From contig CBFFRP010000355.1 in the NCBI GenBank assembly GCA_965644295.1, positions 1-64,000 on the forward strand: a stretch of 64,000 nt of DNA, written 5' to 3'. The translations under genes and the position numbers were made by a program. This DNA comes from Paraphysomonas bandaiensis (Eukaryota > Protista > Chrysophyceae). Position 1 is the stretch's first letter. The number at the start of each line of letters is the position of its first letter. Positions 47,637-60,918 of this stretch are shown here, one piece after another. The notes under the pieces were generated by a model. It searched no databases and was not told where the DNA came from. It saw only the letters and a program-made list of their open reading frames with translations.

Positions 47637-47810
47637 TGTTGAGTTTTGCTGTTTGAGCAATTAAAGGCTGTAATTCTAAGGTATTGGAATTATGACCGTT
47701 AGTCCAAGAATACAGTAGTGGTTAACAGTATTATGAGAGCTAACAACATGATAGCTACTGTAGTAATGAAACTGAATATAATATATTGATCATACAAGAT
47801 AGTGACGGTG
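47637..47810. repeat. LTR-like dispersed repeat
   Basis: Starts TGTTGAG; aligns with 28053-28222. Confidence 0.55.
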
Positions 47811-49449
47811 TAAGATCATACGAGAAATTATTAGTCGTAAAGATAACATGAAATTGATGAATGAGAAGAGATATTGATTATAATAATTATAACAATATTA
47901 ATGAGTGAAAACGTCCAGTTAACTTAGTAAATCATCCAATTGTGTCATAACTTGATAGCAAAGTCAAAACGAAAATTGTTGAAGGCGTTTTATTTTCAAA
48001 TTATCAATCCGATGGCGCTAATACAACGGAACTAGATTTTTTTGGTATAACTTTCTTGCTCCGACTGCAATTAACTTGTTATAGCGCTATAACTATATAG
48101 AACGGAAAGTTTTCAAAATTTCCTTCATAGATTTATATCATGGTATGTGCGTATGTGCCGCTCTGCTGATAGAATGGAACACGAAATCAGAGCAAAGAAT
48201 AATTAAGATATTATCAGTTACTTATAAGAATATAGACTATGTATACCATTTTGACAAAAGAATATATGGTATTTTCATTATTTCATTATAGAAGAATAGT
48301 TGTATATTGTCTATCAGGACTACTCCTGGGTGTAATATCGTTTACCTATAAAAAATTTCACAGTGCTAGCATTTTATTACATCAACGCCAATTACAAATA
48401 TATTTACACTTATTTACGCAATTGAGTGGTTATAAGCACAGCCAAGGTCGTCTGCTTCAGCACCACAGCAGGTCCAAAGAGGCTTCTGTGTTGCAAAGCC
48501 GGACCATTCGGATGTCCATATGTACCCTTCTCAAGCAGCAATCTCTGTAGACCACGGACAGCTTCAACCTCCGAATCATTTACCAGATGGAATAATTGAG
48601 CATAACATGTTCACAACATAGCTCGTGCATAGAGCAGTGGTCGAGCGATACACTGCCCAGGATGATACCTCATCCGCTGGCTACAACTTAGAATCTCTCT
48701 TCTGATAAGATCAAGCCCACTTTCATCGCATGCAAGTGTGTGTCGAGCACTGTTAATCCACGCCTATCGAACTAAGTCTGCCTTGCGACGTATCTTTCAT
48801 CGGAGCTCCGCTCCATAAGTCCCCACACAGACATCATCCCACGTACATTACTACCACGGTCAATTATTCTAATGTTAGCTGGAGGAGTGGTGGTCTCTGT
48901 GCTGAAGGTTGAGTACGCAGGGTTACCGGGGGAGGAAACGAGATGACATATGTGCTGGGCAGAGGAAAATACACTGACGTTGCCGAGAGTTCCTGCCTGC
49001 AGAGTTATTTCTGCACACTTTAGCACCCACAGATAATTCAGTTGCACTAGGAAGAGCAGCAGTGAAATTGGACTCAAACAAAAATATTGAATAGCACTCA
49101 TCTTTAAGCAGCTGTAAGCTACATAGACTTTCCATGCTTTTGAAAGTTATCTATGAATTGTTTGGAAACATCCAACTGTTCGAACCCTTCCTCAAACAAA
49201 CCTTCAGCAGCAGATGGAGGGCGAAGTTCCAAATTAGGAATCGGAGCCAATATCGCCTGATAGTAGGGTGTTTTTCACCCAACTTGAGGACTTTGATGAT
49301 GTGGCCGTCAGAAATGGGAATGCAGAGATTGTCAAAAATCGTATCCGCGACAGAGAAAAGCAGGATGGTCCAACTTGGCTCAGCATGCGAAGCAGCACGA
49401 AGGCTGGGATGCCAAGGTAGGGCAGCTTTACGTGGAGCTGGTCCCATGG

Positions 49450-50282
49450 ATTCTTATGTTGAGAGAAACGTTTCTCCTTCCTCTCTTAATGCGTTCAGAT
49501 GGTTGGAGTGGATAATTATAGGAATTTCCAGTTTTTCTTTTGTGGAGAAAGCGTTGACGAGAGCGAACACCAAACTGAAGCCAAAATATCAAGAAGCACA
49601 ATCATGAAATATCTGGATGCTTTGGCGCAGCAAGTTGAGAAGAAAGTGAAAGAAATGTTGCCTAATTCATTTCAATACCTTAATTCTGATATTCTTCCCT
49701 AGTACTAGCCATCACCTTGGTGCGGATTATGCGGACATGATTATGAATCAGACCTTCGAAAATGCTGTTGTGAAAGTTCAAAGCGGATTGGAGGACACTC
49801 TCACTCGACCTGAGAAGGCGCAGCTCAAATGTTTTTTGTTGGACAGAACTGATGAAGAAGAGAAAAAAGAAGATGATGGTGTCGACTCACTGACGAGAAG
49901 ACACCAAGTGCACCAAGAACAAAAGCGACTACGAACTACCAAACCAACTAATAAGTACCGCTGCTTGAAGCATATTTAGTCCACTACTACAGTAATTGTA
50001 TTGAAAGGCGGTTCGGTAGAGCAAGGATCAACATGAGTGATATGCGCAAATTTATGACACCTCATCGATTAAAGGCCCTTCTTATGTTCTTGCGCTTTAA
50101 TATATTTCTGTGGGATGCAAGTATGGTTGAAGATGCTATATATATGTGCTTGTAATGAGTAACTAATTTACTACTAGACAATAATTGGCACAATTAAATT
50201 GCAATTATAATTGCGTGAGCTGTAGCTAATAATTGCAGAAAACATTTGCAATTCAATTGCAATTAATTGTTACATAGCCCTG
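49450..50282 (+). mobile_element. Internally deleted hAT-like transposon remnant with right TIR
   Basis: WLEWIII, TKLKP, KYLDALAQQVE, FENAVVKVQ and SNCIERRFGRAR…FLRFN…LW fragments; CAATT subterminal motifs; ends TTACATAGCCCTG. Confidence 0.75.
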
Positions 50283-50555
50283 ATCTCCGGTACTTATCAC
50301 TTATCCCACAGAACACCACGAAAAGGTGCAAGTCTGACTTGTTGAGGGAATAGCCGTTAATCTCAGCACTTCACAACACAATCGTGTAACAACGGGCGAA
50401 TATCTGTTCACAGAAACTTTTAGTTTATCATTCCAGTCACTTATAATGTCACACATATCAGTAACTGAAACCATTCACCCGCTACACCTATGAGTTGATT
50501 TCGCAATTGCACACGATTAATTCACTTCAATAGCACAATATATATCACATAACAT
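50283..50555 (-). repeat. Family R fragment abutting a partial copia family 3 LTR
   Basis: 50283-50350 matches 1385-1455; 50400-50555 matches 36960-37135. Confidence 0.6.
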
Positions 50556-51094
50556 AAAGCAAGAATAAGGTTACGTGTGAAGCAAAGTGTGCTTCAGTGT
50601 AATGTGCAATTTTAACATGTAAAAGTAAGTCAAAAAATGCTGAGTATAGGAAAAATACCCCGATATAAGTGTACCAGGTTTGGAGCACAAAATTATTATT
50701 TTGGCATTTTCCTTCCACTTAAATTAACCTAAAATCGATTGTATATATTCTAATACATGATGCTCTACCTGAATACTTAAAGTACAATTACCGAATTACA
50801 CACGACTCAATTTTGAGGGACAAAAACAGACCCTCGGTTTACTCTGTACTATACTATTATTAATTCTGCATTTACGTGTGTGTTCTTCGCCCATTGTTTA
50901 GTGTGTACGTCGAATCACAGTAGTTCTAAATAGCAAAGAATACAAGTACATCCTAAATATAAGAGTGTAGCGCAAAGTACAGAAACACCATAGCCAATCT
51001 GATATTCTAGCAAAGCAATTGCAGAGTGGCGGGCATGATATATACTCGGCTATCCCGTAGAACAACCAACCCAATACTACTATTGATGAAGTCG

Positions 51095-52585
51095 TCATGG
51101 GAACAGCGGTTGTTGTAAATTCCAGACAATGAGCTTACCATCACCACCACCAGTAGACACCACACATGAACTACAAGACTTGATAGACCATACTTCACCA
51201 GTATGATTTATAACAGTTTGGTCAATAACGACCAAGTCGTTTAAGCATTTCCAGGACCGAGCTATGATTTTTCCATCCGACAGTCCTACCAGGAGAAGGA
51301 TGGCATCTACAATATATCCATATATCATTTCACTATTTCATCAGTTTACAAACTAGTACCTAATCCATCCACCGTGGTTCCAAGAGCCGTCACAATACCG
51401 GTTTCCTCTGACCCGTAAAACAAATCTCCATTGGGTTGCCAAACCTTTACACAACAGTCCAATCCACCAGACACAACATACTCTCCATTATCTGGGGTAG
51501 TTACAAGGGTCATACACGATATTTCTTCCACATGTCCGCCAGCTGATGACGTAATATGTCCAACCCATTGCATTGTCGCCATATCCCAAACACATATTGT
51601 GCGGTCTATCGAGCCAGACCAGAGAATAGATCCTATAAACAGAATGAGAAAAGTTTTTTAGGGTCGATACCAGTGCATGTAAATTGCGAATTCTCAATCA
51701 CATTACGGTCAAACCTTGAAGGACCATGCATGTAACTCCTCTAATATGCCCCTCCAAAGCAGCAAGATGTGACACCGTGCCAGTGGCAGCACTGAGGGTC
51801 CACACGCGAATAACTCCCTCAACTCCCCCAGTGATGAGATGTAGATCTCCATCGACAACACGGACAATAAATTTGAGTACAGACATCGGGTGCGCATATG
51901 GCTTCTGCTCTGACAACTATAATACGACCATAAGATGTTTCTCACGTCACAAAATACACAGGTATTCAACAATGAGAGTCACATGTATTGAATTACAAAA
52001 GCGTACTTACGGATCTTACAATGACTGTAAACTACAGTACCTGAAGTTGAAATGTCTTTGGACTATCCGAGATACTCATTATATGCACTTGTCCTACAGT
52101 TACTCCTGGAAATTGATCTATATTCGCGTCCATTGACCAGATAATAAAGTTTTCAGCGATTTCAACATGTTGAACTGCACCATTGACCACGGATCCACCT
52201 TGCTTCTGCAAATTACAGCTAGTTGGGTTCCACGACCAATGATTTAACATATTATCCGCCGAGCCAGTGAAGAATGTTCCATCCGGCAGAGCAGCGAGAG
52301 CCTTTAACGGAGCCGTGTGAGCGGGTTCTTTAGCCACTAGACTTATGCAATGAGCATATCTGACATAACCATACGACCATATCATACACCATACGACACA
52401 TGACGATACACATACTTGCAGCTATCTCCATTCTTACACTTTCCCTGCATATGAAAGTTGCACACTCTCTTCCCAGGAGGTCCCCTGCCCCTCCCGCCCC
52501 CTCTACCACCCCGACCCTTACCACCAGATCGACCTGATCCAAACCGACCACGACCTCCATCTTGCTGCCTGCCGCCGAAATTCAT
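51095..52585 (-). CDS. RGG + CCCH zinc finger + WD40 repeat protein, multi-exon
   Basis: GRGGRGGGRG, CNFHMQGKCKNGDSC, TGGVEGVIRVW, SGGLDCCVKVW, TGGGDGKLIVW. Confidence 0.88.
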
Positions 52586-52630
52586 GAGTGATGCAAATAT
52601 ATTATGACATCAAACACACAAACAAGAACT

Positions 52631-52941
52631 CATACATACATACATACATACATACATACATACATACATACATACATACATACATACATACATACATACA
52701 TACATACATACATACATACATACATACATACATACATACATACATACATACATACATACATACATGCATACATACATACATACATACATACATACATACA
52801 TACATACATACATACATACATACATACATACATACATACATACATACATACATACATACATACATACATACATACATACATACATACATACATACATACA
52901 TACATACATACATACATACATACATACATACATACATGCAT
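52631..52941. repeat. (CATA)n microsatellite
   Basis: Directly visible, ~77 units. Confidence 0.98.
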
Positions 52942-53054
52942 ACCTCTACTGCTGTACATGTATACAGTTTTCTGCAGGCAGTATCTATGTAGGAGTATCT
53001 GGCTCTTGAACAGATGCTCATCAATTAGGTTGAACACTTGTAGACAGGTTAATC

Positions 53055-54902
53055 ATGATATGGGTGTCAATAATCGAAGTGTTAGTTCTTAATGCGTTGT
53101 GTTGTTCATATGTAAGTGGTATAGAGTATGACCCCTCTACATGTCGTGATGTGTCTCTTATTAACTCGACCTGGCCCAGTGATCACGGGTATGTATACCT
53201 CTATATACCTCTGTATATATTATTAACATATCACAGGGACTCATCGCGTTCAAAATACACTATAGGCGGGGGGTTTCCCAGTGACTTTGATGTGCAATCT
53301 ATTAAAAGGATTGATAACAATGAGTTGGACCCAGCCCAGTGGATATATACGGGAGGAACACACTCAGAGTTTATATATACTCTAGGAGGACCTCCGATAA
53401 AACTTCGTTTGGGAAAATACTCTTCAAAGTCACTGGAATTGTTGCAGACTTTTGAATTCCCTTCCGCTATATATTTGGGGGGACTCTTATTGCATGCTAA
53501 TGGTAACGTGTATGCAATACATGCGAACCGAGTATGGAAGTTTTCTAACGGCGACTTAACGAATTATACCTCTGTTCGCCTTGATACTGATTTGAATGGT
53601 AGAGTTGTACAGGTGCGTAAATGTTTTCCTTTTTCTGTATTATCTAAGGTCTATACGTATAGACAAATGGAATGTTGGTCAGCAGTGATGGATTATTGGT
53701 TATCAAGCAATGGTCAATGAACTTTGAAGACTTGGGTCAGCTAATTTTGATTGATCCAGACATTCCGAAGTATATACTGGGTGTTTATGTTGTGGCCGTT
53801 ACAATAGCGCTAATTTCGCAATTTCGTGTGGAGATTTCATTTGGAAAAATGCTACACAGATATCTCATTGTCACTTTTTTCTCGATGCTAACCTTCATCA
53901 GTTTTGTATATTGTTTTATTGCATTACTCTCTGGTGGGATTTATAACCCATGGGTATTTTTCGCGAGCAACCTATTGTATGACAATCACGGGGGAGGTGG
54001 TGAGTTGAAACTAATCGATCCCGAAACTCTCCAGCTTGTCGCTGGTGTTCACCTTACGGAGCGCTGTTCGTTTGCTCGTATGGCGCTTACTGTCCTTCCT
54101 AATGGAGAAAATGCAATGGTTTTGCTTGGAGATGAGCACACTCATCAATACCGCTGGAACCCTGCTTCCGGCGCGCTGTACGAGGTGCACTCTTGTATTG
54201 AAATTTGATTTCGTATAATATTCTATCTGCAGGTCGTGGAGTGGTCAAAGCGATACCGGAATCGCGGAGAAGGAACATTTCCTGGTACTGGCCCGGCAAT
54301 ATTTAATAACACTGCCTACTTCACAGATAACACGTTCCCTGTTATGTTAAGAGGGCATTCATACACTATGTTCAGTCAGCAGCTTCATGTACGAGCATAA
54401 GTGTGATGCCAGTGTGTTTTAACTTTCGCATCATGTGCAGGATAACGCAGACCTTCAATCAGTGCATTTAACGAAAGACGGGCAGCCTGGAGTGATGTTC
54501 TGGTCTACCGTCGTCAGCCCAAGGGAGGGAGATGTAATTGTGTGGGACACATATGGGCAGTCTGTGCAATCTCGTAGAGCGCATGATCTCAGTCTTCATT
54601 GGGAGATACCGGCTCTGCAGATGGACTGCATAAGTGTAGCAGCTGATACGGGGTATGTCTATTTTTCAGACTACAGTGACAAAAGCTATACTGGCGATAT
54701 TAATTACATGGTAAAGAAGATGATATTGGGTACTAAAAATACGACCAAATACTTGATCATTGCCGACACTTCTACCGGCAGAGTTGTAGCGAACGTGTCG
54801 TTGTTTCAGGGAAATGGCATGCGTAGCTCAGTAATTGTTCCTGGTGCGCATAATGATGTCATTATTGGTACACCATCTGGATTATCACGACTATATGTGT
54901 GA
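53055..54902 (+). CDS. Unknown protein with signal peptide, probable beta-propeller and two internal TM segments, multi-exon
   Basis: Colinear + ORFs joined by short GT-AG introns; beta-strand-rich blocks (GGLLLHANGNVYAI, LKLIDPETLQLVA, IIADTSTGRVVA); hydrophobic stretch ~53770-53960. Confidence 0.65.
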
Positions 54903-55484
54903 AGCGAAGGGGTTTTCGGTGTATATTCCATATGTGTTACGTCTGTGAACTGATGTGTAATGGTGTAATGTGCACTAGTTTTTCATGTCTTGGCTCAGAT
55001 GCCTATAAGATAATAAGCAATATTAGTAACTGGTATTCTGAGCGTTGTGATTCAATCTGGATACTTGATTCATAGCTATTAGCTATCAAATAGTACCAAC
55101 ATGTCATTAATACGGTTTTTAGAACATTGAGTCATACTTTAGTCTGAAGTGTACTGTATAGTTATGGATTCCATACTAACTTTTATACAATACTAAGAGT
55201 CCAACTATGTCACAAATATAGGATGCCAATGTAAAATTCCACAAAAATTTAACCCCGGGCTCTTATATGGTCAACAAATAGCCTGTCATCGTAGCAGATT
55301 GGTAATAGGTCATCTATAGTACGTCTAAAGCATAGCTATATTAAAGAATTCTCTCATTAAAGGACCTTGCGAGAATATACCAACCAAATAGTGTAATTCT
55401 TAGTATTAACATTGAAAGTGCAATCTACACAACTGAAAGTGCAAAGTACGAGGTGATAGCAGAGAAGGCGATAAACATGACAAT

Positions 55485-55917
55485 TTAGTGCTCAGCGACT
55501 TCCTTGCCTCTGCACTTGTCCCAGCACTCTTGGTTAAAGAGTTCACAATCAGAGCAACCCCAAGGAAATGCCTTGTTACGTGCTTTCATGTAGGGAATAT
55601 CAGTAACGGTCTGAGGAGGGTGGCCATGGGTCATGATGATATTGACACAGTACAGAGTACAGAGTCCGGAGAGTACCACCATACCTGTTAATTGCATGAG
55701 ATCAACACCTACAGCATGATCTGCACTTAAAATTTACCTGCAGTGTACTTCTTCCAAGCAACGACTTCTTGATATTGTTTTTCAGGTGAACTGGCACTGC
55801 CTCCAAAGTTTCTCTTAGGGGTACGATTCAACCGAAGTGTTCTACGCAATACCTGTAAAAGATATCATCATTAATTAATGCAATGCGATGGAAATATATG
55901 AGATGTACCGAGTTCAT
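55485..55917 (-). CDS. COX6A: Cytochrome c oxidase subunit 6a-like, 3 exons
   Basis: Arg-rich presequence, WKKYT + one TM helix, PYMKARNKAFPWG. Confidence 0.82.
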
Positions 55918-57209
55918 CTTCTTGTAGTGTACTGGTATGTTATGCACTAGTATCGTGTGTCTGTTAATTAGTTTTACAATTAATTCAATTGATGTGATGC
56001 AAAGCCCAGCAATGTGCACGTCTGTATATAGCAATACATATACATATAGAAGTGCTCCCACACCAAACACACAGCGACTATACTTTGATGTTTTTGTTGT
56101 TGAAAATATCTTGGGCGGATGTGATTGGGAGATTTTTCAGTTTTATAGTTTTTAGTTGTAGTAGACTTACAAAATACAATGTATTTTACTGCAAGAGTGG
56201 TGAGAGGACATAGGGACCTCGGCACTAATTCCACTGCTTACTAGATCCTGTGGAGGTTATGCAAATGTGGAGGTTATGCAAACAGTACAGGGTTGAATAA
56301 TATTCAGTTAGTTGTTTCTGTTTGTAGTGTATATATAGTAGTAATGTAGAGCAAACAGATGATGTCGTTTAGCCACATGTCCAGCAAACCGAGGTATGCA
56401 ATGAACCTTCTACTGTTCATACTGGTTGTATTTTGGATATAGCTACCCTGAGGATATGGAGGAACGTGACGACTGGAAAAGTGTTTTAAAAGGGGAAGGA
56501 CAGAAAAACGGTGTACACTCAAACTATTCGATTAGTGTTAGGGTTGCATTCATTAGAAATCTAAATAAATTTCTTCAAATTTATAATTGTAATATTACCT
56601 GACAAAGCCGTGTTTCCAAATAATATATTTTGAATTATGGTAAAGTTTTATTGGAATTATCTTTGAAAAAATGTTGTCTGCATAAACACATCGCATTAAT
56701 GAAGTCAAATGACTCTTATTTTGTCCAATTGTACATTCAATGTGAAAAAGTATGCATACACATCGACACAAATGCAATGAAAAACTGTACTACTTGTAGT
56801 TAACAGGGCTGCGTATGAGTTAATTGTTAATTTTAAAAAATCAAAGTTTGGAGTGAGTATACTAGTTGCTATACATAAGTGTATATAGCTAGTAAAACGT
56901 TCAATATTAAATGTACACATGTGCGATGTAATTAACTGGTCAAAAATAATAATAGCAACTATATTGAGAACAACCAGCATCAATTAATAGACCAATAATT
57001 GTTATCACAAATAAGATTTATGAAGATACACTTCGTATTATAGAAGATAAAGATTGATTATTATAAACTCTACATGTAAAATTAAGCCTAATAGCATAAT
57101 AACAAGACATGGTTGAATAGATCATTAGAACTAAATATACATTAGCGTATTTGGTATAGTCTGATAATTATTCAGTGAATTGTGAATTGAGGTTTCATTG
57201 TACTATCTA

Positions 57210-57487
57210 TATTAGAATATGGATCTTATTCTAGTATATTCAGTGTGTCACTTGAAGACAATGTACGAGAATACAGTGAAATGCTGTGATGATATTGAGA
57301 AACTGAAATAGTTTGATATTTCAAGATATGTTTAGTAACGAGAGGTTCGCATATCTAAGATATTATGTGTGGAACAAAATGAGTTTTTGTTGTTTATCAC
57401 AACTTCGTGTAAACGATATTAATAAATCTATCTAGTCTTACGACAATTTCTCTCTGAGATCTAGTTAAGAATGAGCAATTCCCAACA
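57210..57487 (+). mobile_element. Solo LTR of copia family 1 with 5-bp TSD
   Basis: Diverged reverse complement of 1494-1787; ATCTA at 57205-57209 and 57488-57492. Confidence 0.92.
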
Positions 57488-57903
57488 ATCTAGGGTTAGG
57501 GTATACGTGAATCAATAATCAATGTATCTTAATAATCATAACTTAAATGAATTATCATACCCTTCAAATCGCTTTTCTTTATTATGTGGGCAAGAAGATT
57601 TACGTGTAAAAATGGTGTCATGCAGGCTTTTATACAGTTTGTTGTATTAACAAATTCTCATTTGCTATATTACCTATTATCCGAAAGCTAAGTGGTTGTG
57701 CTATTACATATCGCCTCAACGGCCAATTACTAAGCCTTTGCACTAGCACTACGAATAAAAAGGTTAATTGCGAATAAAATTGTCATTTTTACTGCAATGA
57801 GCTGTGTAGCCGTAATCTGCTATATTCTTGACATACATTTCACTATAAACAATATGGTCCATACAGCAATACTACACTATAGCGTCTGAATAGATAACTC
57901 GAA

Positions 57904-58989
57904 CTAACCATATGGCCAAAACCTCCTAATACGACTTGACATAGTTGACATAAAGCCGAGATTACGATAACGTTTTTGTGTTCCTTCTCGCTTGATGCCA
58001 GAGCATAGCCTCTGATATTCTGTTGTGGCGGACTCAATAGTATGATTGTAAACAGCCAATTGATCTTTATGTAGTTGTACAGCTGCAAGATATAACTCTT
58101 TCTCACATTGTAATTCCTTGTGTATCACGTCTATTACTTCTGGAGTGAACAACTTTTCTGGGGGTGGTCTATTAGGTGAGTCGAACAACTGTTTGTACAT
58201 CACAGGGGCTCCATGGTTATCAGCCCTAGCAGTGCAAGATCGATCGAGTGGGACCTTTAGTCGCTTCCATAGCAAGTAGTAGAAAGTTGACATGTGTTCC
58301 GTTAAGCCAGCAACTGTGAGGTCTCGTCTCATATTATCTGCCGCAGTAGCGCATGAACTGGGATTGTATGGGCGCACTACGAGACGGGTTGTCTGGGAAA
58401 AGACGTGCTCGTACTCATGTATACCTACGTTGTTGTCTTCAGGGCGCTGCAGAAATGGAAGCGAGGTTCGCATAATAGTAAGAAGATTTTCCATGTCAAC
58501 GGCTGTGATATTCAGAGGAGCAATGGTGAGTAACTCCCACGTGGATATCGCATTCTTCAATTTCTGCGATAAACTATCCGATACAGAACTACTAGAAGTG
58601 CGATTCAGTCTCTCTCCTATATCTTTATGAAAATAGAAAAACATCGATAGTATTCGTTCAATTGGATCTCTAAAAGCAGCCACAAAATACAATTTTGGAG
58701 AGTTTTCAGAGTCGTCTAAAGTTGTGCATTTTCTTCTAATGGATTCCATATCATTTTTTCTATAGACTGCAAGCATTTCATGAGCCGTTGGAGTCGGTCC
58801 GCACTCTCCTCCATGTTTCCACCATGACACTTTTTGTGACTTATGTGGAGACAGCACGCTATTAATGGACGACCCCCCTACTTTATGAAACTTAAGGTGA
58901 AGGACCTCCATGCCCTCCTCACAGTGAATGGACGACCACTGGAGGGTGCTGTGTATGAAGAGATATACAATAAATTGATTGATGTGCAT
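57904..58989 (-). CDS. Golgi-type sulfotransferase (Sulfotransfer_2 / Gal-3-O-sulfotransferase-like)
   Basis: N-terminal hydrophobic leader; 5'-PSB HLKFHKVGGSSI; 3'-PB FRDPIERILSMFFY; VAGLTE. Confidence 0.85.
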   Translation of the reverse strand: MHINQFIVYLFIHSTLQWSSIHCEEGMEVLHLKFHKVGGSSINSVLSPHKSQKVSWWKHGGECGPTPTAHEMLAVYRKNDMESIRRKCTTLDDSENSPKLYFVAAFRDPIERILSMFFYFHKDIGERLNRTSSSSVSDSLSQKLKNAISTWELLTIAPLNITAVDMENLLTIMRTSLPFLQRPEDNNVGIHEYEHVFSQTTRLVVRPYNPSSCATAADNMRRDLTVAGLTEHMSTFYYLLWKRLKVPLDRSCTARADNHGAPVMYKQLFDSPNRPPPEKLFTPEVIDVIHKELQCEKELYLAAVQLHKDQLAVYNHTIESATTEYQRLCSGIKREGTQKRYRNLGFMSTMSSRIRRFWPYG

Positions 58990-60918
58990 GTGTCAGTTGA
59001 TGACCATGTATGTATGGTGCTGTACCTATATATGGAGTGGAGTGGGAGATATATAATGCCTGATGGAATGGTATAGGAATTCCTAGTGACTAGACATCTC
59101 TATACGCTGTTGACAGTTTTGGTTGAGAACTTATGGTCATATAAAAAAGTAGGATTTTATATGAAAAACTAAAATTCATATCAAGAATTCCGGAATTATT
59201 CGACGCTATACACAGCGGCAGAGTATGATGCCAGATAGGACTATAAATGCATGCCAGATAGGACTCAATGTGATGCGCCTGTGCTGACTTGATAGCATAC
59301 GAACTGGATGTCACTGCACAGCAGCAAGAGTCTAGCATTCATAATCCACTGTCGTGTGTATCACTGTATATATATGGCATTGTAGATATGCTGCTGTGTA
59401 CACATACCTAGAGTTGTTCCCAAGATAGCACGATACGACATCCGTATGCTATTATCATTCTACTGGATTTGGATGCACTGAAAGTGTCTGAGTATTAAAT
59501 GGACAGACATTAATGTAACGGATATATCTTGACACTCTTATATAGCAGAAGATTTTGTAGGTGAAGATAGAAGAATTCTCCTCCCCACGACTGACGATGG
59601 TAGAGTACGAAACGATTTCAGATGATCGAAATCTCGTGTACTGAATTGAAAGTTTGTATGCTGCAAATAATGAGAATATAGCACCTGGAGAAGGTGGCCG
59701 TGGTAACAGTTAAGGTTCATTCACGATAATGTAGACAAGTAGATTGTTGTGCGTGGTTGTCTATTACTCATTTGTGGTAAATTTTTTCGTTAATTTCAAA
59801 TTCGAAGTACTACGAACTATTCGTTACTATAGATAGCTACAGATTTAGATCGCTTTCATGCCTAAAAAACGAAATCCCTACAACTATCATACCCCATTTC
59901 GAGTGCGTCTCTTATTATAGTTGAGTGTTGACCAAACTAAGCGATACATATTCCTCTATTACAACACCAAATTTGTGATAAGTACTTGCCATAACACCGA
60001 ATTGGAACTACAACGTCAACCTTTGTCATGTTTGGGCGGTGAAATTACATAAAGAACTGAATTTGATATATATTTAATATTTATAAGCTATAATCAATCT
60101 CTCCTCATATTATGTTACCTTACCATTCATTGTCATAGGATTATATGTGTTTCTTGGCGACACTATAGCCCCACTCTTATATGTTCGTCTGCTGTATAGA
60201 TCTAGCAAACAACCGGCTCAGCGCGACCCCGATGTATATAGTACTTAAACAACAATATTTTGTCAGCATTAGGTATCTAAAAAATTTGATGTGACGACTA
60301 TTTAATTCAAGCAATATGAAAGTATTCTAACTACAATCTAGCACCCTACTAATTTCTAACTTCAATCTTAGTTGAATAACAGAGCCACCATTGATATTGT
60401 AATCGGACAGCATGCAGGAATCATCCAATCGTTTTCCATTGAAAATAAGTTGTTGCAAACTGTTAGGAATTCTTGTCATCCTTGTATTCACTCCCTACAA
60501 TGATTATGGGCGTGTGAAATATGTCACCGTAGCATTTCTGCCCAAAACGTTTTCATCCATACACTCCATCTTGCCTGGTTTATGATTTTGTCATGTTTAA
60601 GCGCATTTTTATTTTAATTTCATTACATTTGTGTCACTAATATTTTACTCTCTGCTGTCACAGTTGGCCGCTAAACTTCGTTCGAAGACGTCGAAAACGT
60701 ACACAAGACGTATGCTTCATGTTAAAAGGGTTAATAGACAAAAAAAATTAAATAATCAAGGGACGTGTACAGTTAGGATAAGTTACATGAGCTACAATTC
60801 GTCATGTAATACCAGCATCACTACATATTACATATTTCCAGTGTAGCAGCCTAGTCCTGTACAGACACGTACCATTCATGCATACCGTACTACATGAAAT
60901 TATACTTGTATATTTAGC

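Noticed and set aside
36801-50555. Ngaro/DIRS split-direct-repeat model for repeats at 27933, 36801 and 50400
   Set aside because: The shared repeat has TGTT…AACA ends and a TGGTAGCG PBS, so it is a copia LTR; no tyrosine recombinase found.
57490-57502. Telomeric TTAGGG seeds (also ~8546)
   Set aside because: Two units or fewer; expected by chance.
30157-58989. Sulfatase-sulfotransferase functional cluster
   Set aside because: 25 kb apart with unrelated genes between; both families are large in protists.
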